32,000 nucleotides of DNA. It comes from Xylanibacter ruminicola 23. GTDB lineage: Bacteria; Bacteroidota; Bacteroidia; Bacteroidales; Bacteroidaceae. Positions 5,419-13,792 of the stretch are shown piece by piece (position 1 is the stretch's first letter; each line of letters starts with the position of its first letter). The DNA is taken from the NCBI RefSeq assembly GCF_000025925.1, contig NC_014033.1:2790001-2822000 (forward strand), in the 5' to 3' direction. The translations under genes were made by a program, and so were the position numbers. The notes under the pieces are model-generated. The model did not search any database. It was not told the origin of the DNA and saw only the letters and a program-made list of their open reading frames with translations.

Positions 5419-8373
5419 GTGAAAAAAGAATTATTACTATTGGCCTGTATGACGCTTGTTGTACAGCACACTGAAGCTCAGGACTACTTCTCTGCGGCTT
5501 CCGACTATGCTCGCCTGTATATTGGGCCTGTCGGACCTCAGTATCAGCTATCAAGATGGTACGACATTCCTTATTATAAAGGTAATACAAATATGTATAA
5601 AGGGCGAATAAGCTATTATGGGGTAGTTTACAACGATGTTGAGTTGCGCTTCGACCTGATGAAACAGCACGTATCTGTGCTATCGCCCAAAGCAGGTATC
5701 TGCTGTCTGCCCGACCAGCAGCATATCGACTGGTTTGAGATGGACGGCTACAGATTTGTACACGACCCAGAAGACAGCACCCGATTTGCAGCCCTACTCT
5801 GTGACGGCAGCAACAATGGCGTACAACTTTATCATAGTATGTGGAAGCACTATAACGGTGAGAAGACCTTTGGCGAAAGGAAGATACTTAAAAACCTAAG
5901 CGATCACGAACACTATACACTCGTTACACCTGATGGTGAAACATATCATGTAAAACGTGCTAAGGATGTGGCAGCACTGTTTCCTGAACAGAAAAAGCAA
6001 ATTAAGCAGTTTGCCAAACAGCAACATCTTACCTTTACTAAATATAAACGTGAGCAAAGCCTTGCAAAAGTGGTAGCAAGTGTCATCGCCGAGAAGAAGA
6101 AAATCGCCACGAGTCATTTGCGACCAGAAACGGCACCAGAAGGAGAGAAAAACAATGCACTTCCTGTTTCGATAGAAAACATCCCTGTTGATTCGCTCAT
6201 CGCCGGTATTCCCGTACTTGATAGCGATACTTTGTCGATATCAGCAGGTTCGGCAAATACACGAACTTATATTGTTCCTGGCGCCAAGAAAGCAAGGGCA
6301 AGCCTTGCCGACGATCAGGAACTGGCCGAGATTGTAGTTGTAGCAGGTCGCCAGTCGGTAGTACAAAGTACCACGATGGGCGCCGAGAAGTTCAAGCCCC
6401 AACTACTGAAGAATATCCCATCGGCCTTTGGTGAATCAGACATTATGAAGGTAGTGCTTACGCTGCCTGGTGTAACAACCGTTGGCGAGGCCTCAAGCGG
6501 ATATAACGTACGAGGTGGTGCCACCGATCAGAACCTGATACTGTTTAATGGCGGCACGGTATATAATCCAACGCATCTGTTCGGCTTGTTCACATCGTTC
6601 AATTCAGATGCGGTCGAGGATGTGGAGCTGTTTAAATCAAGCATCCCCGCAGAATATGGCGGCAGAATAAGTAGTGTGCTGAAAGTGAACTCGAAAGAGG
6701 CAAACATGCGTAAGTTTACTGGTTCGGCCAGTATCGGCGCACTTACCAGCAAGGCCAATCTTGAGATACCTATCGTAAAAGATCATGTGTCGCTCTTGCT
6801 GAATGCCCGTACCACCTATAGCGACTGGATTCTGAAGCAGTTGCCAGAGGAAAGCGGCTACAAAAACGGTAAGGCCAACTTCTATGACTTTGGCGGCGTG
6901 TTTACCTGGAAACTTAACAACCTGCATCGCCTCAAGATATTCGGCTATCTGAGTAAAGATAAGTTTTCGTTCAGTTCCGACGATAGCTACGGCTATCAGA
7001 ACCGCAACTTCTCAGCCGAATGGCGATCGATCCTGAACGAAAAGATAACTGCCACGCTCTCAGCAGGATTGGATCATTACGACTATTATAACGACGAAAA
7101 GGCCAAACCCACGATGGCTGCCCGACTGAGTTTCGGCATCGATCAGCTGTGGGCCAAGCTACATATCCGCCAGCGTCTGAATGAGAAGCAAAGTCTGTCT
7201 TACGGTCTGTCTGTTCAGCATTACGATGTACAGGGCGGCAAGTACGAACCTTTAAACGAGGAATCGTATGTCAATCCAGACCAGCTACAGAAAGAGAAAG
7301 CCTTGGAGAGCGGCGCCTATATCGACTACGAACATTCGCTGACCGAGAAATTGTCGGTTTCGGCAGGTTTACGCTATTCAATGTTCAATGCCATTGGTCC
7401 GCGCGACGTGAATATCTATGCCGACCAGGAACTGCCATCGCAGGAAACCTTGTTAGAGACACGTCATGAGACAGGTATCATCAAAACCTATCAGGCTCCC
7501 GAGTTCCGTTTCTCGGCACGTTATGCCATACAGGATAATTTCTCGATTAAGGCTGGTTTCAACACCATGCACCAGTATATCCACAAGGTTTCTAACACCT
7601 CTATCATGTCGCCTACCGATATGTGGAAGCTGTCGGATCTGAATATCAAGCCCCAGAACGGCTGGCAGATTGCTGCAGGTATCTATTACGAGACACCCGA
7701 CAAGAACTACGAGTTCTCGGCTGAGACGTACTACAAGCACATCAGCGACTATCTGAACTATCGCAGTTCGGCTGTGCTGTTGATGAATCCACACCTGGAA
7801 ACAGATGTGATTCCTACAAAAGGAAAGGCCTACGGCGTGGAACTGCAAGCCAAGAAGCCATATGGTAAGCTAAATGGTTGGGTAAGCTATACTTACTCAC
7901 GCTCACTGTTACGCCAGGACGACAAGCGCGTGGCAACGCCCCTGAACGACGGCGACTGGTATCCATCGGAATACGACAGACCACATGAGGTAAAAGCTGT
8001 GCTGAACTATAAGATTACAGAGCGTTACAGTTTCTCGAGCAACTTTAACTATGCCACTGGTCGCCCAACCACAGTACCTGCAGGCCAGTTCTACAACAAC
8101 AAGTTAGGTTACTACCTGCCCTACTATACTGAGCGCAACAACTATCGCATTCCCGACTATACACGTCTGGACCTGGCGTTCAACATCGAGCCAACTCATA
8201 GGCTGACAGCATTCTTCCACACCTCGTTCTCAATCGGTGTGTATAATGCCCTTGCCCGCAAAAATGCCTATAACATCTATTATGTTACCGAAGGCTCAAG
8301 CATCAAGGGCTACAAGCTATCGGTATTCGGTACAGCCATCCCTTATATCTCACTTAACGTACGATTCAACTAA
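5419..8373 (+). CDS. TonB-dependent outer-membrane receptor with an atypical ~300-aa N-terminal extension
   Basis: The ORF opens at 5401 (TTG). The GTG at 5419 gives a plausible signal peptide, VKKELLLLACMTLVVQHTEA|Q. Plug-domain pattern: EIVVVAGRQS...GESDIMKVVLTLPGVTTVGEASSGYNVRGGATDQNLILFNGGTVYNPTHLFGLFTSFNSDAVEDVELFKSSIPAEYGGRISSVLKV. This is followed by a ~600-aa Y/S/N-rich beta-barrel region ending in an aromatic residue (...LNVRFN). Confidence 0.85.
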   Translation: MKKELLLLACMTLVVQHTEAQDYFSAASDYARLYIGPVGPQYQLSRWYDIPYYKGNTNMYKGRISYYGVVYNDVELRFDLMKQHVSVLSPKAGICCLPDQQHIDWFEMDGYRFVHDPEDSTRFAALLCDGSNNGVQLYHSMWKHYNGEKTFGERKILKNLSDHEHYTLVTPDGETYHVKRAKDVAALFPEQKKQIKQFAKQQHLTFTKYKREQSLAKVVASVIAEKKKIATSHLRPETAPEGEKNNALPVSIENIPVDSLIAGIPVLDSDTLSISAGSANTRTYIVPGAKKARASLADDQELAEIVVVAGRQSVVQSTTMGAEKFKPQLLKNIPSAFGESDIMKVVLTLPGVTTVGEASSGYNVRGGATDQNLILFNGGTVYNPTHLFGLFTSFNSDAVEDVELFKSSIPAEYGGRISSVLKVNSKEANMRKFTGSASIGALTSKANLEIPIVKDHVSLLLNARTTYSDWILKQLPEESGYKNGKANFYDFGGVFTWKLNNLHRLKIFGYLSKDKFSFSSDDSYGYQNRNFSAEWRSILNEKITATLSAGLDHYDYYNDEKAKPTMAARLSFGIDQLWAKLHIRQRLNEKQSLSYGLSVQHYDVQGGKYEPLNEESYVNPDQLQKEKALESGAYIDYEHSLTEKLSVSAGLRYSMFNAIGPRDVNIYADQELPSQETLLETRHETGIIKTYQAPEFRFSARYAIQDNFSIKAGFNTMHQYIHKVSNTSIMSPTDMWKLSDLNIKPQNGWQIAAGIYYETPDKNYEFSAETYYKHISDYLNYRSSAVLLMNPHLETDVIPTKGKAYGVELQAKKPYGKLNGWVSYTYSRSLLRQDDKRVATPLNDGDWYPSEYDRPHEVKAVLNYKITERYSFSSNFNYATGRPTTVPAGQFYNNKLGYYLPYYTERNNYRIPDYTRLDLAFNIEPTHRLTAFFHTSFSIGVYNALARKNAYNIYYVTEGSSIKGYKLSVFGTAIPYISLNVRFN

Positions 8374-8374
8374 T

Positions 8375-9589
8375 ATGAAAAGGATATCATCACTTTTAAA
8401 AATCGCCCATTTCATCGTGATTTGTGCCTGCATGCTGACAGGATGCGTGGAGGAATACGAAGCCGATCTGCCTGAGAGCGAAACGAACCTGCTAGTGGTT
8501 AACGGTACCATCCGTTCGAACGAAAAAAGCGAGTTCTATATCACAAGGTCTATTCCACCCAACGATCATAGTTCCGACTATTATTATGTAAACAACAGTT
8601 ACACTTGGGATGCGCAGACTGTTTACTATGCAAAAGTTACCATCTGTGGTACCGATGGTTCTGAATACGAATGCCCAATACAGGATTCTGGCTATTACAG
8701 TTGTAACACTCCTGCGCTGGATCCAAACGTATCATACTATGTAAGGATAGAATGCGATGGCGACATCTATCAGTCGAATCCCGAAAAGCCACTCCACACA
8801 CCCGACATCGAGAAGCTGGAGTACTATCAGAAAGGCGATTTGGAGGACATCCAGATTCTGCTGACCACAGGTGAGCCTGATGATCCAACACAGACAGCCT
8901 ACTACACATGGGAATATACCGAAACCTGGGAAGTTAGGCCAAAGCGCCATACAGCTATATATTACGACGTGGAAGCCCAAAAAGCGATGGACATACCCCA
9001 AGACGAACTTTATCCAGAAAAGGGGTGGAAGACTGCGGATAGTAAAGCCATTCTAACGGAATCAACAGCTCATTATGTTGGTGGAAAATTCACAAAATAC
9101 CAGTTACTGGATATTTCATACAAAAATGAACGCATAGCTTGGAACTATTGTAATGAAGTAACCCAACGCGCCATCAGCAAGGCTGAATACGAATACAATA
9201 AGGCATGTGTTGAAGCCGGATGGGAGATGGGCGGATTGTTTACCCCCCAGCCATCAGCCCTACCCAGCAACATTCGCTGCACCACCTCGTCGAAAAGAGC
9301 GTTAGGCTTTGTGGGCTGCTCGCTGAATACGGTCAGCAAACGTGTGTACATTGATGGGCATGATATCTACAGAGAGGTTCCCCAGCCTGGTCCATACATA
9401 AAATTAGAAGACTGCACAGAAATTGATTGCGAGAAAATGGTATATCAGGGCTTGATTCTCTATATATGGGATGATAAGCGATTGATTCAGCAGCCGCTAA
9501 CCACATGGTGGGCTTATCCTGCCGACTTTGACGTACGCTTGAGTGGTGCAACAACTACCAAGCCCGACTATATGCCACCTTTTGAATAA
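8375..9589 (+). CDS. DUF4249-type lipoprotein (partner of the upstream TonB-dependent receptor)
   Basis: The ATG at 8375 lies 1 nt after the receptor stop. It reads MKRISSLLKIAHFIVICACMLTG|CVEEYEAD (lipobox plus acidic tail), then LLVVNGTIRSNEKSEFYITRS, which matches my recollection of the DUF4249 N-terminus. The family is typically encoded directly downstream of a TonB-dependent receptor in Bacteroidetes. The track ORF start at 8237 is an upstream read-through overlapping the receptor. Confidence 0.7.
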   Translation: MKRISSLLKIAHFIVICACMLTGCVEEYEADLPESETNLLVVNGTIRSNEKSEFYITRSIPPNDHSSDYYYVNNSYTWDAQTVYYAKVTICGTDGSEYECPIQDSGYYSCNTPALDPNVSYYVRIECDGDIYQSNPEKPLHTPDIEKLEYYQKGDLEDIQILLTTGEPDDPTQTAYYTWEYTETWEVRPKRHTAIYYDVEAQKAMDIPQDELYPEKGWKTADSKAILTESTAHYVGGKFTKYQLLDISYKNERIAWNYCNEVTQRAISKAEYEYNKACVEAGWEMGGLFTPQPSALPSNIRCTTSSKRALGFVGCSLNTVSKRVYIDGHDIYREVPQPGPYIKLEDCTEIDCEKMVYQGLILYIWDDKRLIQQPLTTWWAYPADFDVRLSGATTTKPDYMPPFE

Positions 9590-9606
9590 TCACAAAGATA
9601 ACAAAG

Positions 9607-10857
9607 ATGAACAGAATCATATCACTCATAGCAACTATTCTGCTGGCACACAACACTTTTGCCGCAGAATTCAGAACTGATCGCACCTGGTATCTGGCAG
9701 GCGAGCAGATGACAGTAAGTGTAACAGACCAAGATGCCCTGATAGCCTATGCCGAACTGTGCGATACGCAGGGTTTGGCCGCAGGCACCACTATCAGCAT
9801 CCATAACCATAAAGGTACAGGCACCATTGAACTGCCAGCCAACTTGCATAGCGGTTACTATGCACTATCGGTATATACCCGCCACAGCGCTCAGGTATCA
9901 AACCAACTTGTTGCCATCATCAACCCGCTCCACAAGAGCAAAGATGACGATATCGAGTGGCTATCAAGCGACAGCAGCTGGGTAGAAGCCAATGGTACAG
10001 CAAAGCTGATAAACAAAAAAGGTACAGATACCCGCGAAACCGAAGGACATATCATCAGGGCACGCATCAACAACACCTATAACGGGCGTACCTTTAATGG
10101 TGAACAGATTCGTCCGTCGTTAAGCATCGTAGGCAAACAGATTCACTATTTTGAAGGAAAGATGGAGAACGACTCTACAGCCGTGTTCTACACATACGGC
10201 ATTCACGGCAAGCAACCATTGGTTCTCTCTGCCGCATCACTCACAGGTATGAGTCTGCCCATTGAGATGATCAGTCCGTTTGTCACCTTACTGCCCAAGG
10301 AACTTCCACATCTTGTATTCCATTACAAACGCAGCGAAGTAGAGGAACGTTCACTGGCCATGCAGCGCCATCAGATAGCTATTGCCCCCGCCAAACGCGA
10401 ACTGCAACTGGGCGACTATTCGGATGAGACTGCCGAAGATGGTGTGCCAATGGATTACGACCCAACGGTATTTGGCAATCAGCCCGACATGACATACAAT
10501 CTCGACGAATACCGTCAGTTTCTCACTATTAAAGAGGTGCTGATTGAGTACGTTCAATGCGTACGAAGCAAGAAGAGTAATGGCGTAACACAGCTGTTTG
10601 TACGTAAAGAAGACGACCGATACAACAATTATTGGCCAGCTACGGTACTGATAGACGGCATGCCTGTTATCGACATTGATCGCCTACTGAAGTATGATGC
10701 CCGCCGCATCCATTATATCAACATCTATGGCGACATGTACACCTTTGGCAATGGGATAAATAACGGTATACTGTCGTTCATCACACGTTCTGGTCGACTC
10801 ACCAACTACCCCACAGAGCCTAACACGCAGTATTTAGTGTACGAATTTCCACAATAA
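9607..10857 (+). CDS. Secreted hypothetical protein with an MG2 (macroglobulin)-like N-terminal domain and a Plug-like C-terminal domain, but no beta-barrel
   Basis: 416 aa with signal peptide MNRIISLIATILLAHNTFA|A. The N-terminus FRTDRTWYLAGEQMTVSV...IELPANLHSGYYALSVYT resembles MG2 domains. The C-terminus TIKEVLIEYVQ...ATVLIDGMPVIDIDRLLKYDARRIHYINIY...NNGILSFITRSG resembles a TonB-receptor Plug domain. These are domain calls from pattern memory only. Confidence 0.6.
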   Translation: MNRIISLIATILLAHNTFAAEFRTDRTWYLAGEQMTVSVTDQDALIAYAELCDTQGLAAGTTISIHNHKGTGTIELPANLHSGYYALSVYTRHSAQVSNQLVAIINPLHKSKDDDIEWLSSDSSWVEANGTAKLINKKGTDTRETEGHIIRARINNTYNGRTFNGEQIRPSLSIVGKQIHYFEGKMENDSTAVFYTYGIHGKQPLVLSAASLTGMSLPIEMISPFVTLLPKELPHLVFHYKRSEVEERSLAMQRHQIAIAPAKRELQLGDYSDETAEDGVPMDYDPTVFGNQPDMTYNLDEYRQFLTIKEVLIEYVQCVRSKKSNGVTQLFVRKEDDRYNNYWPATVLIDGMPVIDIDRLLKYDARRIHYINIYGDMYTFGNGINNGILSFITRSGRLTNYPTEPNTQYLVYEFPQ

Positions 10858-10882
10858 ATTTGGAAGTTCACGTATTTTGCAC

Positions 10883-10890
10883 TATCTTTG
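10883..10890 (+). promoter_or_regulatory. Candidate -7 promoter box TATCTTTG upstream of the histidine kinase
   Basis: Exact TAnnTTTG match that ends 9 nt before the ATG at 10900. Confidence 0.4.
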
Positions 10891-10899
10891 CAGGCGGTT

Positions 10900-12195
10900 A
10901 TGCATAAAAACAGGTATAAATACGTGTCGATTGTGAGTGCGGTGGCAGTTCTGCTACTGCTGACTCTTTATATGTGGATGACCTATCGTTCTGTCACCAA
11001 GGATATGACGGAACGCGCTGGTAACCAGCTCACTTGGGCCATGTTCTATGAGAGCTACACACGTGCCGACCTGGTAACAGCCGACGATACACTCAGTCTG
11101 TCAGAAGCACGAGGTAACATATCGTTAGCCTCGTCGGTTGAGGGTATGAACGATGCTCTGAGCAAAGATTATCAATCAGAGATCTCACTCGATACTGTTG
11201 CGCTCTATGTCGACTCGCTGCTGAGTGTAGCTGATATTAACCGCAACGTAACCATATTGGAGGTAGATTCGAACAAGAATGTGCTCAGGCGTAACAACGA
11301 GCTTAACACCTCGTGGTCGCTACTCACACGCCCCGTCAGCATTCGTAGAGACCAATCGCGAGCCATCCAGCTAGCACTTAACAACCCCTATCCCGAATTG
11401 GCTCAGAAACTGAGTCCACTCTTTCTGTTGAGTGCATTTATTCTTGGTTTCTTTGCAATCATTATTGTGCAGCTGTTGAAGTTTATTACCGAGCAGGAGC
11501 AGATGGCCGAGTTGCGTAACGACTTCTCGTATGCGATGGTTCACGATATGAAATCGCCGCTTTCATCGATAATTATGGGTGCACACTTCCTGCATAGCGG
11601 TAAGGTTGACGACAAGCCACAGATTAAAGAAAAGTACTATACCATCATTGAAGAAGAAGCCGAACACCTGTTGGCACTCGTCAACAAACTGCTCACCATC
11701 TCAAAACTCGAGAACAAAAAGCTGATTCTGAACAAGTGGGATATAGACATAGAACCAATAATTGCCGATTTAATCGAGAAAGCAAAGGCCAAAGCCGACA
11801 AGCCTCTCGAGATTATTACAGATCTGAAAATAAGGAATGTGCTGGCCGACGAGCAATACCTTACAGAGGCTATTGCCAACCTGCTGGATAACGCCATTAA
11901 ATACTCGAAGGACGAGATAAAAATCAAGATTTCATCGATAGACACCGACAAAAATGTACTCTTAAAGGTACGCGATAACGGTATAGGTATCACCAAGGAA
12001 GAGCAGCAGATTATCTTCGACAAGTTCGGTCGTGCTGCCATCCACGAAAAGAACCGCAAAGGCGGCGTATCAGGCTTCGGCTTAGGTCTGAACTATGTCG
12101 ATCAGGTTATGCAGGCCCATGGCGGCAAGGTGACGGTATCGAGTGAGAAAGACAAATTTTCAGAGTTTACACTTTATATCCCAAAGAACGTATGA
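10900..12195 (+). CDS. Sensor histidine kinase (two TM segments, periplasmic sensor domain, HisKA + HATPase_c)
   Basis: Transmembrane segment 1 is VSIVSAVAVLLLLTLYMWMTY and segment 2 is LFLLSAFILGFFAIIIVQLL. The H-box is RNDFSYAMVHDMKSPL, the N-box is LLDNAIKYS and the G-boxes are DNGIGI and GFGLGL. I preferred the ATG at 10900 over the TTG at 10888, which overlaps the promoter box. Confidence 0.9.
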   Translation: MHKNRYKYVSIVSAVAVLLLLTLYMWMTYRSVTKDMTERAGNQLTWAMFYESYTRADLVTADDTLSLSEARGNISLASSVEGMNDALSKDYQSEISLDTVALYVDSLLSVADINRNVTILEVDSNKNVLRRNNELNTSWSLLTRPVSIRRDQSRAIQLALNNPYPELAQKLSPLFLLSAFILGFFAIIIVQLLKFITEQEQMAELRNDFSYAMVHDMKSPLSSIIMGAHFLHSGKVDDKPQIKEKYYTIIEEEAEHLLALVNKLLTISKLENKKLILNKWDIDIEPIIADLIEKAKAKADKPLEIITDLKIRNVLADEQYLTEAIANLLDNAIKYSKDEIKIKISSIDTDKNVLLKVRDNGIGITKEEQQIIFDKFGRAAIHEKNRKGGVSGFGLGLNYVDQVMQAHGGKVTVSSEKDKFSEFTLYIPKNV

Positions 12196-12893
12196 TCAAG
12201 TTATTATTAGTTGAAGACGACGAATCACTCGCTTACATCGAGAAGACAGGTCTGGAAGACATTATTGGTGGCTACGAAGTAATTACCGCCAAGAATGGCA
12301 AGGAAGGTGTGAAAGTTTGGGAGGAAACGCATCCCGACGTGATTATATCGGATATCGACATGCCTGTAATGAATGGTTTCGAAATGGTGGAACGTATCCG
12401 CGAAACAGACGGCGACGTAATCATCATCTTCACTTCGGCCCTCACTTCGCCCAACGATGTAAAGGCCGGTTATCGCTTAGGCATCAATAACTATGTAAAG
12501 AAGCCCTTCGTACCAGAGGAGTTAGACGCTCATATCCAAGCGCTTATGAAGATGCGTGGTGGCGCTAAGACGCAGAACGAGACCAGTCACTACAAACTGG
12601 GAAAATTCACGTTGGATGCCAATCACGCCACTCTTCGCAACGACGAAACAGGCGAGGCACAGACCATCACCCAGCGAGAGGCTCAGATACTACAGCTGCT
12701 GGCCGAGAACAAGAATAATGTGGTTCGTAGAGAAGCAATTCTGAGTAGATTCTGGAATACTGAAGATGATTACTTTGCAAGTCGTTCGCTCGATGTATTC
12801 GTCAATAAACTCAGAAAAGTATTGGCCGATGAGCCAAAGATTACGTTGAAAACAGTCAGAGGCATCGGACTCCAACTATTAGTTAACGCATAA
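12192..12893 (+). CDS. OmpR/PhoB-family response regulator (receiver + winged-helix DNA-binding domain)
   Basis: The receiver pattern is LLLVEDDE...DVIISDIDMPVMNG...KKPF. The C-terminal Trans_reg_C-like region reads LTQREAQILQLL...RSLDVFVNKLRKVL...TVRGIGLQL. It has a 4-nt ATGA overlap with the kinase stop. Confidence 0.9.
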   Translation: MIKLLLVEDDESLAYIEKTGLEDIIGGYEVITAKNGKEGVKVWEETHPDVIISDIDMPVMNGFEMVERIRETDGDVIIIFTSALTSPNDVKAGYRLGINNYVKKPFVPEELDAHIQALMKMRGGAKTQNETSHYKLGKFTLDANHATLRNDETGEAQTITQREAQILQLLAENKNNVVRREAILSRFWNTEDDYFASRSLDVFVNKLRKVLADEPKITLKTVRGIGLQLLVNA

Positions 12894-12907
12894 GCGCAAG
12901 CAAAGGC

Positions 12908-13696
12908 TTAATCAATAGGTTTGTAAGGTTCCATCGGATTAACAGCCAGATACAAACCTGGTAGAACCAAGATGATACCAATCAAGAGCCACCATCCGCT
13001 TGAAGGAATACCTATCAGGCATAATGTAACCACCCAAAAAGCCACATCACCTATAATAATAGGTATCACACTACGGGTATATTCATAAACCAACGCCTGG
13101 AGTTGGGCCATCATCATGGAGACAATCATCAACATGAAGTTGCCATCAAGCATATTTATAAGAGCCATAATCAAGCCGTAAACCAAAATTACGACTTGAG
13201 GGCGGTGTTTCCACTCTAAGATTTCGCGAATCACGGCACCATAGATAATCAGATCGGCAGTAGCCTCGACAATAGCAATTACGAATATCGAGAATACAGG
13301 ATGATGCTGCATCCAAGCATACGACTCAATCAAAAAATCATCACGCCAGCCCCTTTCGATTGCCACATCATTCATCGCAGCAAAAAGTACTGCCATACCA
13401 CCCATCGCAATAATCATACCTAAAAAAACCTTCCAACGGATGGGCTTAGGAATGCGACCGATAGTATAGCTGGCAAATTTATTCTTAAGGAACACGAAAT
13501 TAAGAATTAAGCAAAGAATCAGCGCCAAGCCTGAACCTAATCCTGCCAGATAAGATATAGAAGAAGAAACTCCAACCTTATCACCATTATAGCCATCAAC
13601 GAAACCAATAAAAAAACCACCGATAGCACCACCTACGAACATCACAAATAATGTGATGCCCAATGCCAACAGTAGATACATCATTGCCTTTTTCAT
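12908..13696 (-). CDS. Polytopic inner-membrane protein, possibly a degenerate CPBP/Abi-like fold
   Basis: From the ATG at 13696 (MKKAMMYLLLALG...) the product is 262 aa with ~7-8 hydrophobic segments. The track start at 13726 is a TTG that overlaps the promoter box. The segment IAIVEATADLIIYGAVIRE loosely resembles CPBP motif 1 (EExxxR), but I do not see the His motifs. Confidence 0.65.
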   Translation of the reverse strand: MKKAMMYLLLALGITLFVMFVGGAIGGFFIGFVDGYNGDKVGVSSSISYLAGLGSGLALILCLILNFVFLKNKFASYTIGRIPKPIRWKVFLGMIIAMGGMAVLFAAMNDVAIERGWRDDFLIESYAWMQHHPVFSIFVIAIVEATADLIIYGAVIREILEWKHRPQVVILVYGLIMALINMLDGNFMLMIVSMMMAQLQALVYEYTRSVIPIIIGDVAFWVVTLCLIGIPSSGWWLLIGIILVLPGLYLAVNPMEPYKPID

Positions 13697-13723
13697 CGTC
13701 TTTGCCTTTATTCTTTCCGAGTG

Positions 13724-13731
13724 CAAAGGTA
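13724..13731 (-). promoter_or_regulatory. Candidate -7 promoter box (TACCTTTG on minus strand) for the membrane protein gene
   Basis: Plus-strand CAAAGGTA lies 27 nt upstream of the ATG at 13696. Confidence 0.45.
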
Positions 13732-13792
13732 CGATGAAATTCTTAAAGTAAGATAAAACAGTACGTTATCTTTAGGTTAAATCTTTTTTAAC

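Noticed and set aside
8237-8374. Upstream extensions of ORF-track starts: 8237 for DUF4249, 5401 for the receptor, 10888 for the kinase, 13726 for the membrane protein, 19764 for murE, 22441 for murD, 25144 for murG and 28443 for ftsA
   Set aside because: The extensions overlap the preceding gene or a promoter box and encode non-conserved residues. The internal ATG/GTG codons give canonical N-termini: signal peptides, lipoboxes or conserved Mur/FtsA starts.
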